From Botryllus schlosseri (lineage: Eukaryota): a stretch of DNA of 60,000 nt. A program made the translations under genes and the position numbers. This document shows, piece by piece, positions 1 to 12,262 of this stretch. Position 1 is the first letter of the stretch. Each line of letters starts with the position of its first letter. The notes under the pieces were generated by a model. It did not search any database and was not told the DNA's origin. It saw only the letters and a list, made by a program, of their open reading frames with translations. The stretch spans positions 12,588,001 through 12,648,000 of the forward strand of contig CM119372.1 in the NCBI GenBank assembly GCA_051294905.1, in the 5' to 3' direction.

Positions 1-537
1 TCCAGTTAAAGTATTGTTAAACCAACTTTTTAGAACTCTTGAAATTGAAATTGAAAAATGTTGGAAAAAGTTTTTTTTTTTAATGCGCTATGATTTATAT
101 TCATTTGCAAACTAATTTTGGGCCCTTTTCAAGCTCGGCCTCTCTCCAATTGGGCGGTTTGGAGTGCCCAAGTTACGGCCCTGCACAAAATGAATGAATT
201 GAAAACGAATAATCGCGCAAACTGCACTGTTTAGCGATGAGCTCGTATCTGTTCTGTACTTATCGCCTTCAACATTGCATCTTGAAATTAAGGTATAAAA
301 TTGTAATATACCTGGCGGACCGGCAGGAATGTCGTCGCGGACCGGCGGTTGAGAACCACTGATGTATACGACTATACAGCCTATCAGGTAGTCGAATTTT
401 ATGTTTGAACCACTCCTTTCTATCCTAAAGTACAGAGTGCACTGTATACATAGTGTCATATACTCGATATACATTTCGAAATGGGCGTATATAGGTATAG
501 GAATCTATTACGCTCGAAATTAAACCTATTGCCATAC

Positions 538-2929
538 CTGTTGCCTGGGGAAATTAGGAGAGAACCCGCTTATGCCTTGTTGATAGCGACTGCGAACGAG
601 GGGGATTTCCACAGTACCGGTTCCTTCTGGGTCGTACAATGAGTCGTTCTTCGGGATCGGTATGTTGAAATATTCTGGCGGACAGCCGGGCCGTTGTGCG
701 TCGAGAATTTCCTCCACGACCTGTTGACCTACGCGGTCGCGGCAACGTAATGCTCTTTTAATAGGGTATATAGTATTTACTTTGCACACATCAGGTACCA
801 GGACTTTCTTTTTAAAGTGGATTTAGTTACAACATTTAAAGTCAAGCTATATATTCGAATAAATTGTTGGCTTCACTTGCCTTCTTGATATTAAGTCACA
901 TTCTTTGTTAAAGGTATACATAGCTTCTATTCAAAGGATTTAATGGCATGTGTCGCTGTCCATCAGCATGCGCGATACACTATACCGCCATAATGTTCCT
1001 ACGGCACATTATCGATACACTATTCTAAAAACCCTTTCAAAACATTAATATGCGGTCGCACAATTATGCTATCGTTACAAACTAATTATTATCGGCAAAA
1101 AATTGTCCCTGCGGGATGGCATTTGTCCTGTGGGATTCATTTCAGATCGCCAGGACAGGAACATTCGGCGCCATCAATTTAGGCGCCTATGGACAATTAA
1201 ACATGTATGTATATATATCGAGGTTTTGGGTCAGACCTAACATTTCGAGGTTTTGGATCAGACCTAACACTTTCATGGGCTGAACAGAAAATTTTCAAAC
1301 TTTTAGTTATATATTTCTATATAATATATAGAAACTTTCCTTCCCTGTAGCAATGCGGCTACTGGTTGGAATTGAACCAAATTTGGTGTGTAGGCTTAAA
1401 TTAGGTAACCTTACAATTTTATCAAGTAGCCAGTACGATTTGAGAAAAAAGTCATTTTTGAAGACCCCTAATGTCTGGGTACATCGTGGTGCAGTAATGG
1501 CCGACGCCGAAGTCTCCATTGCTATAAATCATGCGTATTTCTGTTGGGGGGAGGGTACCCAATAATCAAGATATTTGGCAATATGAAATCGCACGCAGAG
1601 CGGAAAAATTTTGAAAAAGTTGCATAAATTACCAAAAATATATTCTATAATTTTTGTTAATTCACTAAATAATTTTGAGCTCTCTTCGAACTCGCCCCCC
1701 CCCCAATTGGGGGGTTTGGGGTGCGGCAGCTACGGTCCTGGTTGTGATACTCACCGAAGAATACCATCAACGCAGTTTTGTTCAGATACGAGTTTTTGCC
1801 CGTGTCACCTTTCATCAACTGTTCACTAATCGTCCTGGGATTCGGTCTGTTCCATCCTGACGGCATGTATACTCCGTCTTGGTAATGGGACGGCAGGCGC
1901 CGCGTCAAAGGCATGTCTGACGAAAAGTACATAGGGGTTATAAGTTGACTTAAAAAGTCGCCATTTACCATGCTTGAGATTGACAAACCGTTCAAGTTTT
2001 GAACTAAGCTTTACTTCAATTGCTCCTCCTGACTGAATATGTGATACTCCGACTACATCGGGTTTGAATAGCGCTGCTGTCTCCTATTGTTAAAGACGTT
2101 GTCAAATTCAATAATTAATGTGTGCCTGTCAGGGATATATTCGATTACAAAAATTGTCCAATCCATCCGTGAAAGTAGTTTCCGTGAATTATGAGTTGCT
2201 GTTGTTGTTGTTGTTGCTTGTGGTATTTATGGCATTTATGGTAGCGATCTCAATTATACCTGGAGCGACATTGCGATTTTGATAAAATATCATCAATGAC
2301 AGAAATTGATCCTAATCACGATAGGTATTTCATCTATCCTTACCTACAACGCCCCATTCTGGATGGGCCCGGTTGTTGTACCAGCCATCATAAGGTGGAT
2401 ACTCCTTTTCAGCCTCTTGACCTAGAATTTTGCAAATTGATACAAATTCTGTTACGGGGGTAAGATCTATGGTTTATTTGTGCTGTACGATGTTGGATAC
2501 AATGGGAGAATGTCTTTTCCCTTAATACTACAATACATTATATCGAGTATACATTACAATGCGTTATTATATTGAACCATGGTAAAAATGATTCAGTCTA
2601 TAACTCTACATATATGGGCCTACCAACAAAAGACGATTATGTGATTACTTGAAAGAGGTGTGTAAAGTAAAACACTTTTCTTTCGACGTAAACTGTGCGA
2701 TACAAATGAATTCAACGTGATACTAAGTACACATGCACGGCAATACTCAATACTCAAGGCGGCGTTTATAGAGTTTTACGAATGACATTATCACTAAGTT
2801 AGTAAAAGGCGTATTATGAAAATAATGTATTCTATCACTACCCCATTCATTAACACAACAGCACGCAAAATGCGCCTTACCTGATATTATTTTCAATGTT
2901 GTCAGCAACAATAATGCTGCCCACTTCAT
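538..2929 (-). CDS. DUOX: Dual oxidase, 5' part (exons 1-4: signal peptide plus start of peroxidase-like domain); gene continues beyond the left edge
   Basis: Exons 2929-2881, 2421-2344, 1916-1755 and 728-538 have GT-AG boundaries and consistent phase. They join to 160 aa: MKWAALLLLTTLKIISGQEAEKEYPPYDGWYNNRAHPEWGVVDMPLTRRLPSHYQDGVYMPSGWNRPNPRTISEQLMKGDTGKNSYLNKTALMVFFGQQVVEEILDAQRPGCPPEYFNIPIP...FPRQQ. The motifs DGWYNN..HP.WG, RRLP..Y.DGVY, PNPR.IS, FFGQ.V..EI (no distal His) and GCP.E.FNI.IP are DUOX-type. The NADPH-oxidase part is outside the window. Confidence 0.9.
1218..1270 (+). repeat. Short tandem duplication in DUOX intron
   Basis: TCGAGGTTTTGG(G/A)TCAGACCTAACA occurs twice in tandem. 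Confidence 0.6.
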
Positions 2930-3974
2930 TTTGAATGAAGAAAATCTTCGATAATAGCGATATATTTTTCTGTAAGTTATCTACATGTGTCCTACAACGA
3001 ATATAAGCTTATAGTTCTGATAGTGGCCTCTAACTCTCTGGTATGAATTCTGCGGGCTATCGTTCACTCTCGGCGCTCGAAAATACCACGAAGCGTGTCG
3101 ACTTATCGAGCCACTGTAAATTCGGAGTCCAATCAAATCGAGTATTTTCAATTTTTTTTTGTCAAGTTACAAGTCAAGTCTTACAAATTTTTAAAGTGAC
3201 TCCAGTCGAGTCAAGTCATTTAATCTCAGATTTTCCGAATTTAAACCATTTTTAAGTTATCAAATATCTCAAGTTCCTGTTTCCATGAATGCATATAGGT
3301 TTAACCACGCCGAGCTAATCGAACTCCGTGCCTCACCTGTCGTCAGGGTCACTACAACATAATTGCGAAATTGCAATGATTACTTACAACTCCAATATTT
3401 TCGGGAATTTTCCGTCGATGTTCACGAATAAATATATTTTAAGCATTTTCACACACAAAACCACGGAATTTCGGTATTTATTGTTGAAAGAATATAGCGC
3501 GAAAGGAGAGGCGAGGCGCAGATACGCCAAACCCCACCTACGACAGCGAAGTTCATCAAGAACTGCTCAACATTTATAATAACTGGTACTAATCGAATAG
3601 TTTTTCGCAATGATTCCGAAAATCAAAATATTAATAGTGTCAGAGCACCGGACCCACTTAAAAATGGCCAGGGAATGTGAAATTCGGATTTGTTACGTAC
3701 ACGGACAGTGCAAAGAAACAATAGTTGCGACAGAAAGCATGTAGTTCAGATCAAATACAATCCTTTACTGATGTAGCTGCTCTGTATTTTCCATCCATAC
3801 GTTACCTATACCTTCGATTGTGGTTTTGTATATTAGCTTCTCCGTGTGAAGACTGTTAATGTGATACTGATAATAACAAACTAGTCGCCAACTGAATCAT
3901 CTGCAATTTTGGGTTTATGTATTTGTAAATCTGACTCCAAAGCAGTCCATGTCCTACCAACCATGAACCCCACC

Positions 3975-4100
3975 GAGCGAGATAGTGTAATGGTGATGCA
4001 GCCGGTTTCATTGAACGGAAGGTCGTGGGCTCGATCCCCGGCCGGCCCACAACAAAGACTCGTATACTGGTAGCCGTGGCCCTCCTGTTTAGCACTCGAA
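3975..4100 (+). mobile_element. tRNA-derived SINE fragment (possible Meta-domain-type body)
   Basis: A-box-like TAGTGTAATGG and B-box-like GGCTCGATCC, followed by AACAAAGACTCGTATACTGGTAGCCGTGGCCCTCCTGTTTAGCACTC, which resembles a conserved invertebrate SINE body. It does not fold as a clean cloverleaf. Confidence 0.55.
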
Positions 4101-6039
4101 TAGATGCAACGTTAAGCCTCGCCGGGAAACTTTAATGTTTGGAAATAGTTTACTTTTCGAAAACTTGCCACATCCAATACATTAGCTAATCTCAAGCAAT
4201 CGTTTGGAAGCTCAGTAAAGAAGCTCGCGAAAATCTTCCAGGTTAGACTTGACATATGAGGGGTAAACAGCTTCCTTGTTTTACACCCTAATATGATATA
4301 CGTCCCAGATCCACAGACGAATGCAGTATTCGTCACCCAGTGACATAGCCCGTGACTGATATCCATCTGCCAAGTTACCGTGGTTTCTGTAGTTTGTTTC
4401 CAGTTGACTAGCATCATAAAGATGTACCTAATTTTGCAGTCATTCGGTTTATATTCAGAATGAAAACTATTTCGTGAAATCCCCGATCGCCAAAATGGTT
4501 TCGTAGTTCGATTTCTATTTTTGAAAAAAAAAGTAGTCTTTAGCACTTCCTCATATAACTATTTCTATTATCTTCGCCGCAACTGATTGCTCAACGATAT
4601 GTGATCTCGAATAGCTGGTGTTACAGTTCTGGCTAAATCGCAAGCAATTTGGGTAAACAATATCTAAGGAAAAGTTCCTAATGTCAATCCGACCGATATA
4701 TCTGCATCCGTAGAGATATCGGCATTGACCAACTCCGAAACTGCGTCCGGTACGTACGTGCACTCATGTTTATAGAACACTAGATAAGCGACAGCCTTTT
4801 TCTCCTTTGTTCTTGGTTGGACAATTTCCTACGCCTATGTTAATAATTAATTATTATCGTCGGATTATATTTTACTATTAACAAGGCACACACAATGTAA
4901 AATGCGATACAAACAGGCCGTGTTATTTTTGACATTTTTCAGATTTTGTTTTTGGTAGTTTTGGCATCGCCAGGAATTTATATTTGTATACTCGAGTAAA
5001 CGATGTAAAACGCTTTATAGTTCAATCTTTATTATCAAACGAAAGTCACAAACGTGCAGTATCAACTTTGTGTCATCAAACGGCGACAGTAAAACCGACT
5101 ACATATCGTTGTGGGAGAGTCAATTCACCTAATACGAGGCCGACCGACTGCTTCTGCAATATCTAATCCGAATAGTAGATTCCATATGCCTGCATACTCA
5201 CCTGTATTCACACAAATCACAATACCACTTATGATAACAATTCAAAATCGTTGCTCACACGTGTAAATCACAACCCTTCACTCGCTATAATCAATGGTTA
5301 GAAATCACGAGTAGCTTCAATACTCAATAAAATATGAAAAAATACCCAACGGGCAAACAAAACAAAAAACAGTGAAGGACTGGATGTTCGCAAGCCTGTG
5401 TATGGTAGCCTATGCATTGACGAGGGTCACTTCTTGGTGACCAGGGCTGTTGGGTCGGAGTCTGAGTACCTTTTTAGCACGCCTCGGAGTCGAAGTCGGA
5501 GTCGTCAAAAAATACTGACTTGATTCGGGGTCGGAGTTTGTGAAAATGACCCTGACTCCGACTCCGACTCCGACTCCAACTTCTTTATTTTGAAAACAAT
5601 TGCTTTCAAAGGCGATTTATTATTGACATGTCAATAAAGTCAAAATCAGGTCAAAGTTGTAGCGTTGGGTCAAAAAATGTCAAAATTGTTTACAAAGTCA
5701 AAACTTTTTTGCAACCTACATTTCGTTTGTATCGTAGATTTTGCACTGTCGGTGAACTTATCATTTGACATTTTACAGTTTGTAGCCTACTTCATAGACC
5801 TATCGTTGTAGACGGCCCCTTGTCTGCTCATTGTGAATGATAAATATTCAAATGAAACAAATAGGTTGACATTGCGTTATGCTCAACGTACCGCAATATC
5901 CCAACTGAAGCAAGACTGCGAGCGCATTGCATGATTCTTATATCAAGAAGCGCATTATGAAAAATTGTGATGTAGACACCATTGCCAGAATGAAACAACA
6001 CGGTTTGTCACCAGCAGTGTATACGCACAACTTCAGTGT

Positions 6040-6156
6040 TGTCAGCCAACAACTGCTGATGTTGAACGTTCTTTCTCCATTCTTGGCAAGCTACTTAGTA
6101 AGGACAGACACTTTCTACCCGAGAATGTAGGAAAGTATCTTTCGTTGTACTACAAA
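6040..6156 (+). pseudogene. hAT-like transposase C-terminal (dimerisation domain) remnant
   Basis: Frame reads CQPTTADVERSFSILGKLLSKDRHFLPENVGKYLSLYYK, containing the P.T...ERSFS motif of hAT C-termini. It is frameshifted relative to the upstream ORF 5927-6130. Confidence 0.7.
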
Positions 6157-6505
6157 TTTTTTCAATTATTTCTACCATAATGCGTAATGTAACCAGACAT
6201 GGGGTAATCGCGATTAGTAATCGTAATCGATTACGACGATTACAGCATTTTCAAGTAATCGTAATCGCAATCGATTACATTCGAAAAAATTCCGAAGAAA
6301 TCGTGATCGTAATCGACTACTTCTCACATCTAATCAATTTCTTTGTGAAAGAGCGATTCGTTTTTATTTGTACAAGGACTACGAGATTAACTCAACATTC
6401 GTGAACAAGGAAAAGATATTATACCAGGTTGGTGATAGCACAAACGTCTGATTTACAAACACCACTGCTCATTATCACGTCAGTAGTATAAAAGATCGCT
6501 CGTGA

Positions 6506-6965
6506 GGTGGCAGGGGTTCTTATGGGCGGGGTGGCATGGTGCCGTGAAACCGGGGGTGGCATGGTGACCCTTATGTCTTATGGCGGGGGTGGCATGGTGC
6601 CATTGTGTCTTATGGCGGGGGTGGCATGGTTACCTTTTCGGGTATAGGCTGCGGCGGCATGGTGCCGAGAAACCGGGGGTGGCATGCGGCTATTTCGTCT
6701 TATGGCGGGGGTGGCATGGTGCCATTGTGTCTTATGGCGAGGGTGGCATGGTGACCCTTATGTCTTATGGCGGGGGTGGCATGGTGCCATTGTGTCTTAT
6801 GGCGGGGGTGGCATGGTTACCTTTTCGGGTATAGGCTGCGGCGGCATGGTGCCGAGAAACCGGGGGTGGCATGCGGCTATTTCGTCTTATGGCGGGGGTG
6901 GCATGGTGCCATTGTGTCTTATGGCGGGGGTGGCATGGTTACCTTTTCGGGTATAGGCTGCGGCG
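6506..6965 (+). repeat. Subterminal GC-rich tandem repeat (about 30-bp monomer, 187-bp higher-order unit); mirror at 20788-21247
   Basis: Recurring TCTTATGGCGGGGGTGGCATGGT. The block starting at 6571 recurs at 6758. Confidence 0.9.
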
Positions 6966-8904
6966 GTGACTCGTAATGAAAACTCGGGGTCGTGAGTCGT
7001 ACTTTCGGATGGGCCCGCTCGCACATCGCCGTGAAAACTCGTGTTGGCATATCGCGCTTTTAGACCCCCCCCCTTCCGCTCGCACATCGCCATTGGTTCT
7101 TATGGGTGCGCTCGCATGTCGCACTTTCGGGTATAGGCATCTCTCGCACATCGCATGGAAAACTCGTGGTGGCACATCGCCCTTTCGGGTAAAGGCACCT
7201 CTCGCACATCGCCCTTTCGGGTAAAGGCATCTCTCGCACGTCGTACTTTCGCATGTCGTGCTTTCGCGTATAGGCTGTGTTGGTGATTCACCATGTGTTC
7301 TTATGGGTGCAGTCGTGAATCGTACTTTCAGGCATCTCTCGTGCGGTGTTGAATAGTCACCAACAATAACCGCACAAACGGAAACGTGGCTTGCAAGAGG
7401 ATTAAGCAGTGCGTGCGACCTATATTTCGAATGACCTGCGCGCTGAATTGTTTCCGTGCAGTCGTGTGCTACTATCGATTATTACACTAGATCAGTCAGT
7501 GTGAAATAGTTTGCTAAATCTAGGAATCAGTCGCATGGTGTTACTTTAGTAATTAGTTTACCACAGAGCCGGCGTAGCCGGTGATTCGAATACCGACAAA
7601 TTTTCACTTATTTCTGACCCAACCCTAATCCTCTGTGAAGTTGACGCTTATTCAAAAAGGTGTGAAATAATTGTAAAATCCTAATCCGAAACCGATTATT
7701 TCGACTTTGGCGTAGTGCGCATTGAAATAGGATTGACAAACATGACTAGCAACTTCCCCCACAGTCCCGTTTCGATATTATACACACACTGATTTGAAAC
7801 AAGTAATGTAACATTACAACTCTATTCCCGATCCAGCTTTCCGTTTGTCAAAGAGACATTTTAACATCTTACCATACTCAAAAGAATTATTCACAACATT
7901 ACCAATTGTTAAAAATCTAGTTTTCACTTACTTGATTATATCATAATGTTTCGGGCATAACCATTTTTAGTGACTTGGTGTTAAAGACATACCGATCGCT
8001 CACAAGGTAATATTTCGGTAATTAGTTTACCATAGAACCGGCGTAGACGGTGATTCGAAAACCAACTATTTGACGCTTTCTGGTGCTTGCTATATGTTTG
8101 TACACTTCGAACGTGGTGGACTTTAGTTGCGTGATAAGAATATTCAAGCAACGTGTCAATTTGTCAACTCGAAATGAAACTTGCTACACAGCTCAAGTTG
8201 ATTCGTATCTGAATGTGTTAATTCGGTACAATTCTAATTATTTTGAGAAATCTTTTCGTGATCTTTTGATTCGACCGTAACCTGAATATTACTGACACCG
8301 ACTTTCAGCCACATTGAATTATTCGCACATTCCGCGCCGCTGTTTTCACACCTATAGAATCAATACCAACTATAACTCTACAAGAATCAAGAATCACATA
8401 CGTATGTGCATTATACAGTTATTGTCTTTATTAACTTGAAATCAAACTCTTAACAAAACACCCATCTTATCGCTCGTCAACTCTATCATGAAAATCCTCG
8501 AGTCCTTATCATCAAAAATGTTATAGCGCGGCGTCGGAATCCATTCGTGGGATGTACTAAAGATAAATCCAGATAATCCAAAATGAAATATTTGGACTTT
8601 GACATAGTCTGAATCGAAATATATTGACAAACATGACTACCAACTTTGATCCAGTCACATTTCAAGATCGTACTTTGAAACAATCCTTGAAACTTACAAC
8701 TCTATTCACGACTGAGTTTTCCGTTTACCAAATAGAGTTTCAGTAAATACTATCGCGATATTTTAATGTGTTACTACACACAATAGAATCAATCAATGAA
8801 ATAGCACCTGTTGTAAATATTTCTAACTTGACAGCCACTTGTGCATACCGCGATCGACTTGTGACGCGGTGAGTTAAATCGAAATATTTCAATCTATTTG
8901 TCGA

Positions 8905-9243
8905 GGGGAAGCGAGTGGCGCAGTTGGTTAAGCGCCAGCGTCACGACACCAATGGCTGTGGTTCGGAGGTTTATCTGGGCTCCTCATCGCTAACCTCACT
9001 GCAATAGCAGTGTCTCAAAAAGCCCAGTATGATGGTGAGCCGCGCCAGTACTAAGTCGGCAGTAAAGAAAAGTCCGGATGCATGAAAGAGAGAGAGACTG
9101 ACGCTGGAAGCGCGCGAGTGTGAAAGTCGTCCGGAATGAATACGAAAAGCAAAGAACCTGAACATTACTAATATCATTGTCGTGGTGTACATGACCTTAA
9201 TAGGCGATAAACACCACTGTTGTATGTGTGAAATAAACCAAAC
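8905..9243 (+). mobile_element. tRNA-derived SINE (339 bp) inside the left arm
   Basis: A-box TGGCGCAGTTGG (8916-8927) with D-stem GCGC/GCGC, B-box-like GGTTCG at 8960 and 3' tail AAATAAACCAAAC. Perfect 15-bp TSD CAATCTATTTGTCGA (8890-8904, 9244-9258). Confidence 0.8.
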
Positions 9244-11829
9244 CAATCTATTTGTCGAAACCTTGAACAAACTAGCAGGTTATTTTTTGTTGCAATCGAG
9301 TGAACGGAAATAGTATTACGGCTCAACAATTTTAACATCTTCCCATACACAAAAGAGTAAAATACAAAAAGCCTTGTCAAGTCAATCCGTTTGTAACTTA
9401 CCCAACCAAAGCAAAAAGTATCCTTATGAAAAGTAGACAAGACTACGCGAGTAATCACCACACTCCAAAATCCATAGCAAGTTCGGTTGTAGTCATATAC
9501 CGCCAAATCGTATTTTTATTTGTTCAACTGTAAAAGTCGTTACTATTCTGTAAGATAAAGTAATTACTACTCGGTATATTTTATAAACCAAAGTAAATAC
9601 TACTCGGTGTGTGGTTTGAGATTAACATATTACATTTGAGTATACCGGATTTGAATGTCTGACCAACGTAGTTGAGAATTCATTTCTTACAATCAAACGC
9701 CGGTGTTACATTGAAAGGTATCATACTGTAAACATAAGGATTGACACATTGATTTGATATATGAGATTTTGTAATGTTCGACCACGACTTGATTATTAAA
9801 TTATTCACGATAATTAGACCCGGTGTTGTGGTAAAGGTTATTAGAAAATATCACTTTTGGCATCGAGTACCAGTCGAAGTGAGTGAACAATACTTAATCC
9901 TTTCAGTGACTAGCTGTTGTACGTGCTAAATGTAAAACATTACGAGGTTAAACTCTAAGACTTTGATCAGCACAAGAGCAATTTGGAATATCTTTACTGG
10001 CTGCAACCTATTCTACTAGACAAAACTCGCAGCATTAATAAAATCAAAATATGTGCTACACTGAAATCTACAAAATGTGTTTGTATTGTTGCTAGTAGCG
10101 ATCATGCATTATCATTTGAATCTTCTAAAGTAATTGTAATGATAAAACCAAACTACTCAAAGTCATTACCAACACAAAAAACGATTTCTATGATATTCGT
10201 CAAACGCATCATACCTCAGTATGCAGAAATTATTTGTAGAGTGCATACCAACAAAGAAATCAGGAACACAACCAACACCGAAAATGATAAATGCGTTTCG
10301 CGTTACTATTGATACAAGTTCATTTCTATCGGGCGAAATAAACACCACCACAAAACTCAGAGCATGCAAAGGTCTTGATTGATGTGAATTTCGATTTGTG
10401 TCTTATGATACCAGCAAGCATTTTGGAAATATTATGACTCGTTAAACCAAAGTCGTATGTCCGATTATTAATTGATTGGAAACTTGATCACGTACCTCGA
10501 TCATTACAGAGGAGTATAACACCATTGTCCGACAATCTTTTACAAAAGGATCGAAACCAAGTAACCCAAAGTCGTTGCCGTCGCATAAACAATTTGTACG
10601 ACGTTTGATAAATGTACCCTATACTTTGGTGTACTAGAAATATTTGTAAAACACACTCTGGTAAAGAAATCGAAAAGATATCCTACACCTAAATCTGATA
10701 AAACCATTTTGCACTTTTTGTTCGTCAGTAGTATCCATTTGAGCATGCGAATACCATGTGTAAGTCCAGCACAATTGCGGTATCCATCCGAGTTTAGTTA
10801 ACACAAATTTATTACAACGGAGTCACGTAAACTTTCGTGAAAGAAAAGCATACTCACTCCTAGAGGGTTATGTCAATGCCATAGCAGTTCCCCAACAACA
10901 AAGTACATATGTTTTCTAGTCACGGTCCTTACATCTTTCACATAGATCAATCTACTTTGCTAACGAAAAGTGCTGAGTCATCACATGATCGCTCTCACAA
11001 CAAAACAGCTAGTAGATATTATCATTCAAAATATTCCTAACCCTTTACACACCAGTAACAAATCATACAACGAATATGTTTTGTGGGTTGAATTGCTGTT
11101 CAGTGTCAAGTCTACCTGTTGAAACGTACATTAAAACAACACAGTCACAATCAAATTAAAACCACGAATCTATTTTCATTTCCTCGCAAACTGTCACATA
11201 CAGAAAAATAAATTTAATTTCCCAAAACATACTTGTAACCAATCGCTTTCATTAAACATACAACACCATAATAGTATTTACTTTCTACAACATAGACATT
11301 CCGGTGTAGTCAAGAAATATTTTTAATAATCAAAATCATCGACTTCTGTTTACGGTGTTAGTGTGTGCATGTCATACATGTGGGCCCGTATTAAAATGGA
11401 CACGACACGACTGACTGTAAGGAGATAGAAGTCTATCGCATAGATTTACATGTGGTCTTCGCTACGGTTTCAAAAAACGAATCATCTCTTTTGCATTGAT
11501 CTAGACCGAGCAAGTTAGTTAATGGCCATGATTGTGTTTGTCATATGCGAATGATAGGGTTACTGTCAAATCTACATACAACAATCTTCTGACGATCATA
11601 ATAGCAATTTCATTTTCCTCCCCTTCATAATTGTACAACTCGGTAACTACGTTTAACAAGACCAATCACACTACCAGCGTTGAACACAAGATACCTACCC
11701 AAGTAAAAATATCATTCTGGTTTGGACAACTGACGTTTACCTGTGTAAAATTATCATTTTCACTTGGAGGTCCACCGTTACCTAACTAAAATACCATTGT
11801 CCTTTGGGGATTTATCGTTTACCCAGTGT

Positions 11830-12262
11830 AACAATCCCCCTTTCACTTGGAAATATATTTTTGACCTGAATAACAAACCCCCTATCACTTGGAAATATAT
11901 TTTTGCCCTGGATAACAAACCTTTTTCACTTGGAAATATATTTTTTTCTCTTGGTAACAAACCTTTTTCACTTGGAGATATATTTTTTCTCTGGGTAACA
12001 AACCTTTTTCACTTGGAAATATATTTTTTCTCTTGGTAATAAACCTTTTTCCCTTGGAAATATATTTTTTCTCTGGGTAACAAACCTTTTTCACTTGGAA
12101 ATATATTTTTTCTCTTGGTAATAAACCTTTTTCACTTGGAAATATATTTTTTCTCTGAGTAACAAACCTTTTTCACTTGGGAATATATTTTTTCTCTGGG
12201 TAACAAACCTTTTTCACTTTGGAATATATTTTTTCCCTGACCAACAAACCATTTTCACTTGG
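11830..12262 (+). repeat. 41-42-bp tandem array, about 11 copies plus degenerate flanking copies
   Basis: Unit AACAAACCTTTTTCACTTGGAAATATATTTTTTCTCTGGGT. The CACTTGG core or a one-base variant occurs at 11844, 11886, 11927, 11969, 12010, 12051, 12092, 12133, 12174, 12215 and 12256. Confidence 0.95.

Noticed and set aside
4112..4770. ORFs 4112-4546 and 4551-4763 as a gene
   Set aside because: Somewhat coding-like, but with no recognisable motif, non-ATG starts and no consistent exon structure.
6580..6976. ORFs MAGVAWCHCVLWRGWHG... (and mirrors at 20777-21173) as proteins
   Set aside because: These are translations of a tandem repeat, open in several frames with a period that is not a multiple of 3.
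8905..8975. Functional tRNA gene (also 3975-4050, 31420-31486 and 58617-58690)
   Set aside because: A and B boxes are present, but the anticodon, T and acceptor stems do not pair properly. The 8905 copy has a SINE body, tail and TSD.
11830..12262. 41-bp array as a CRISPR array
   Set aside because: Units are contiguous with no unique spacers, the context is eukaryotic, and there are no cas genes.
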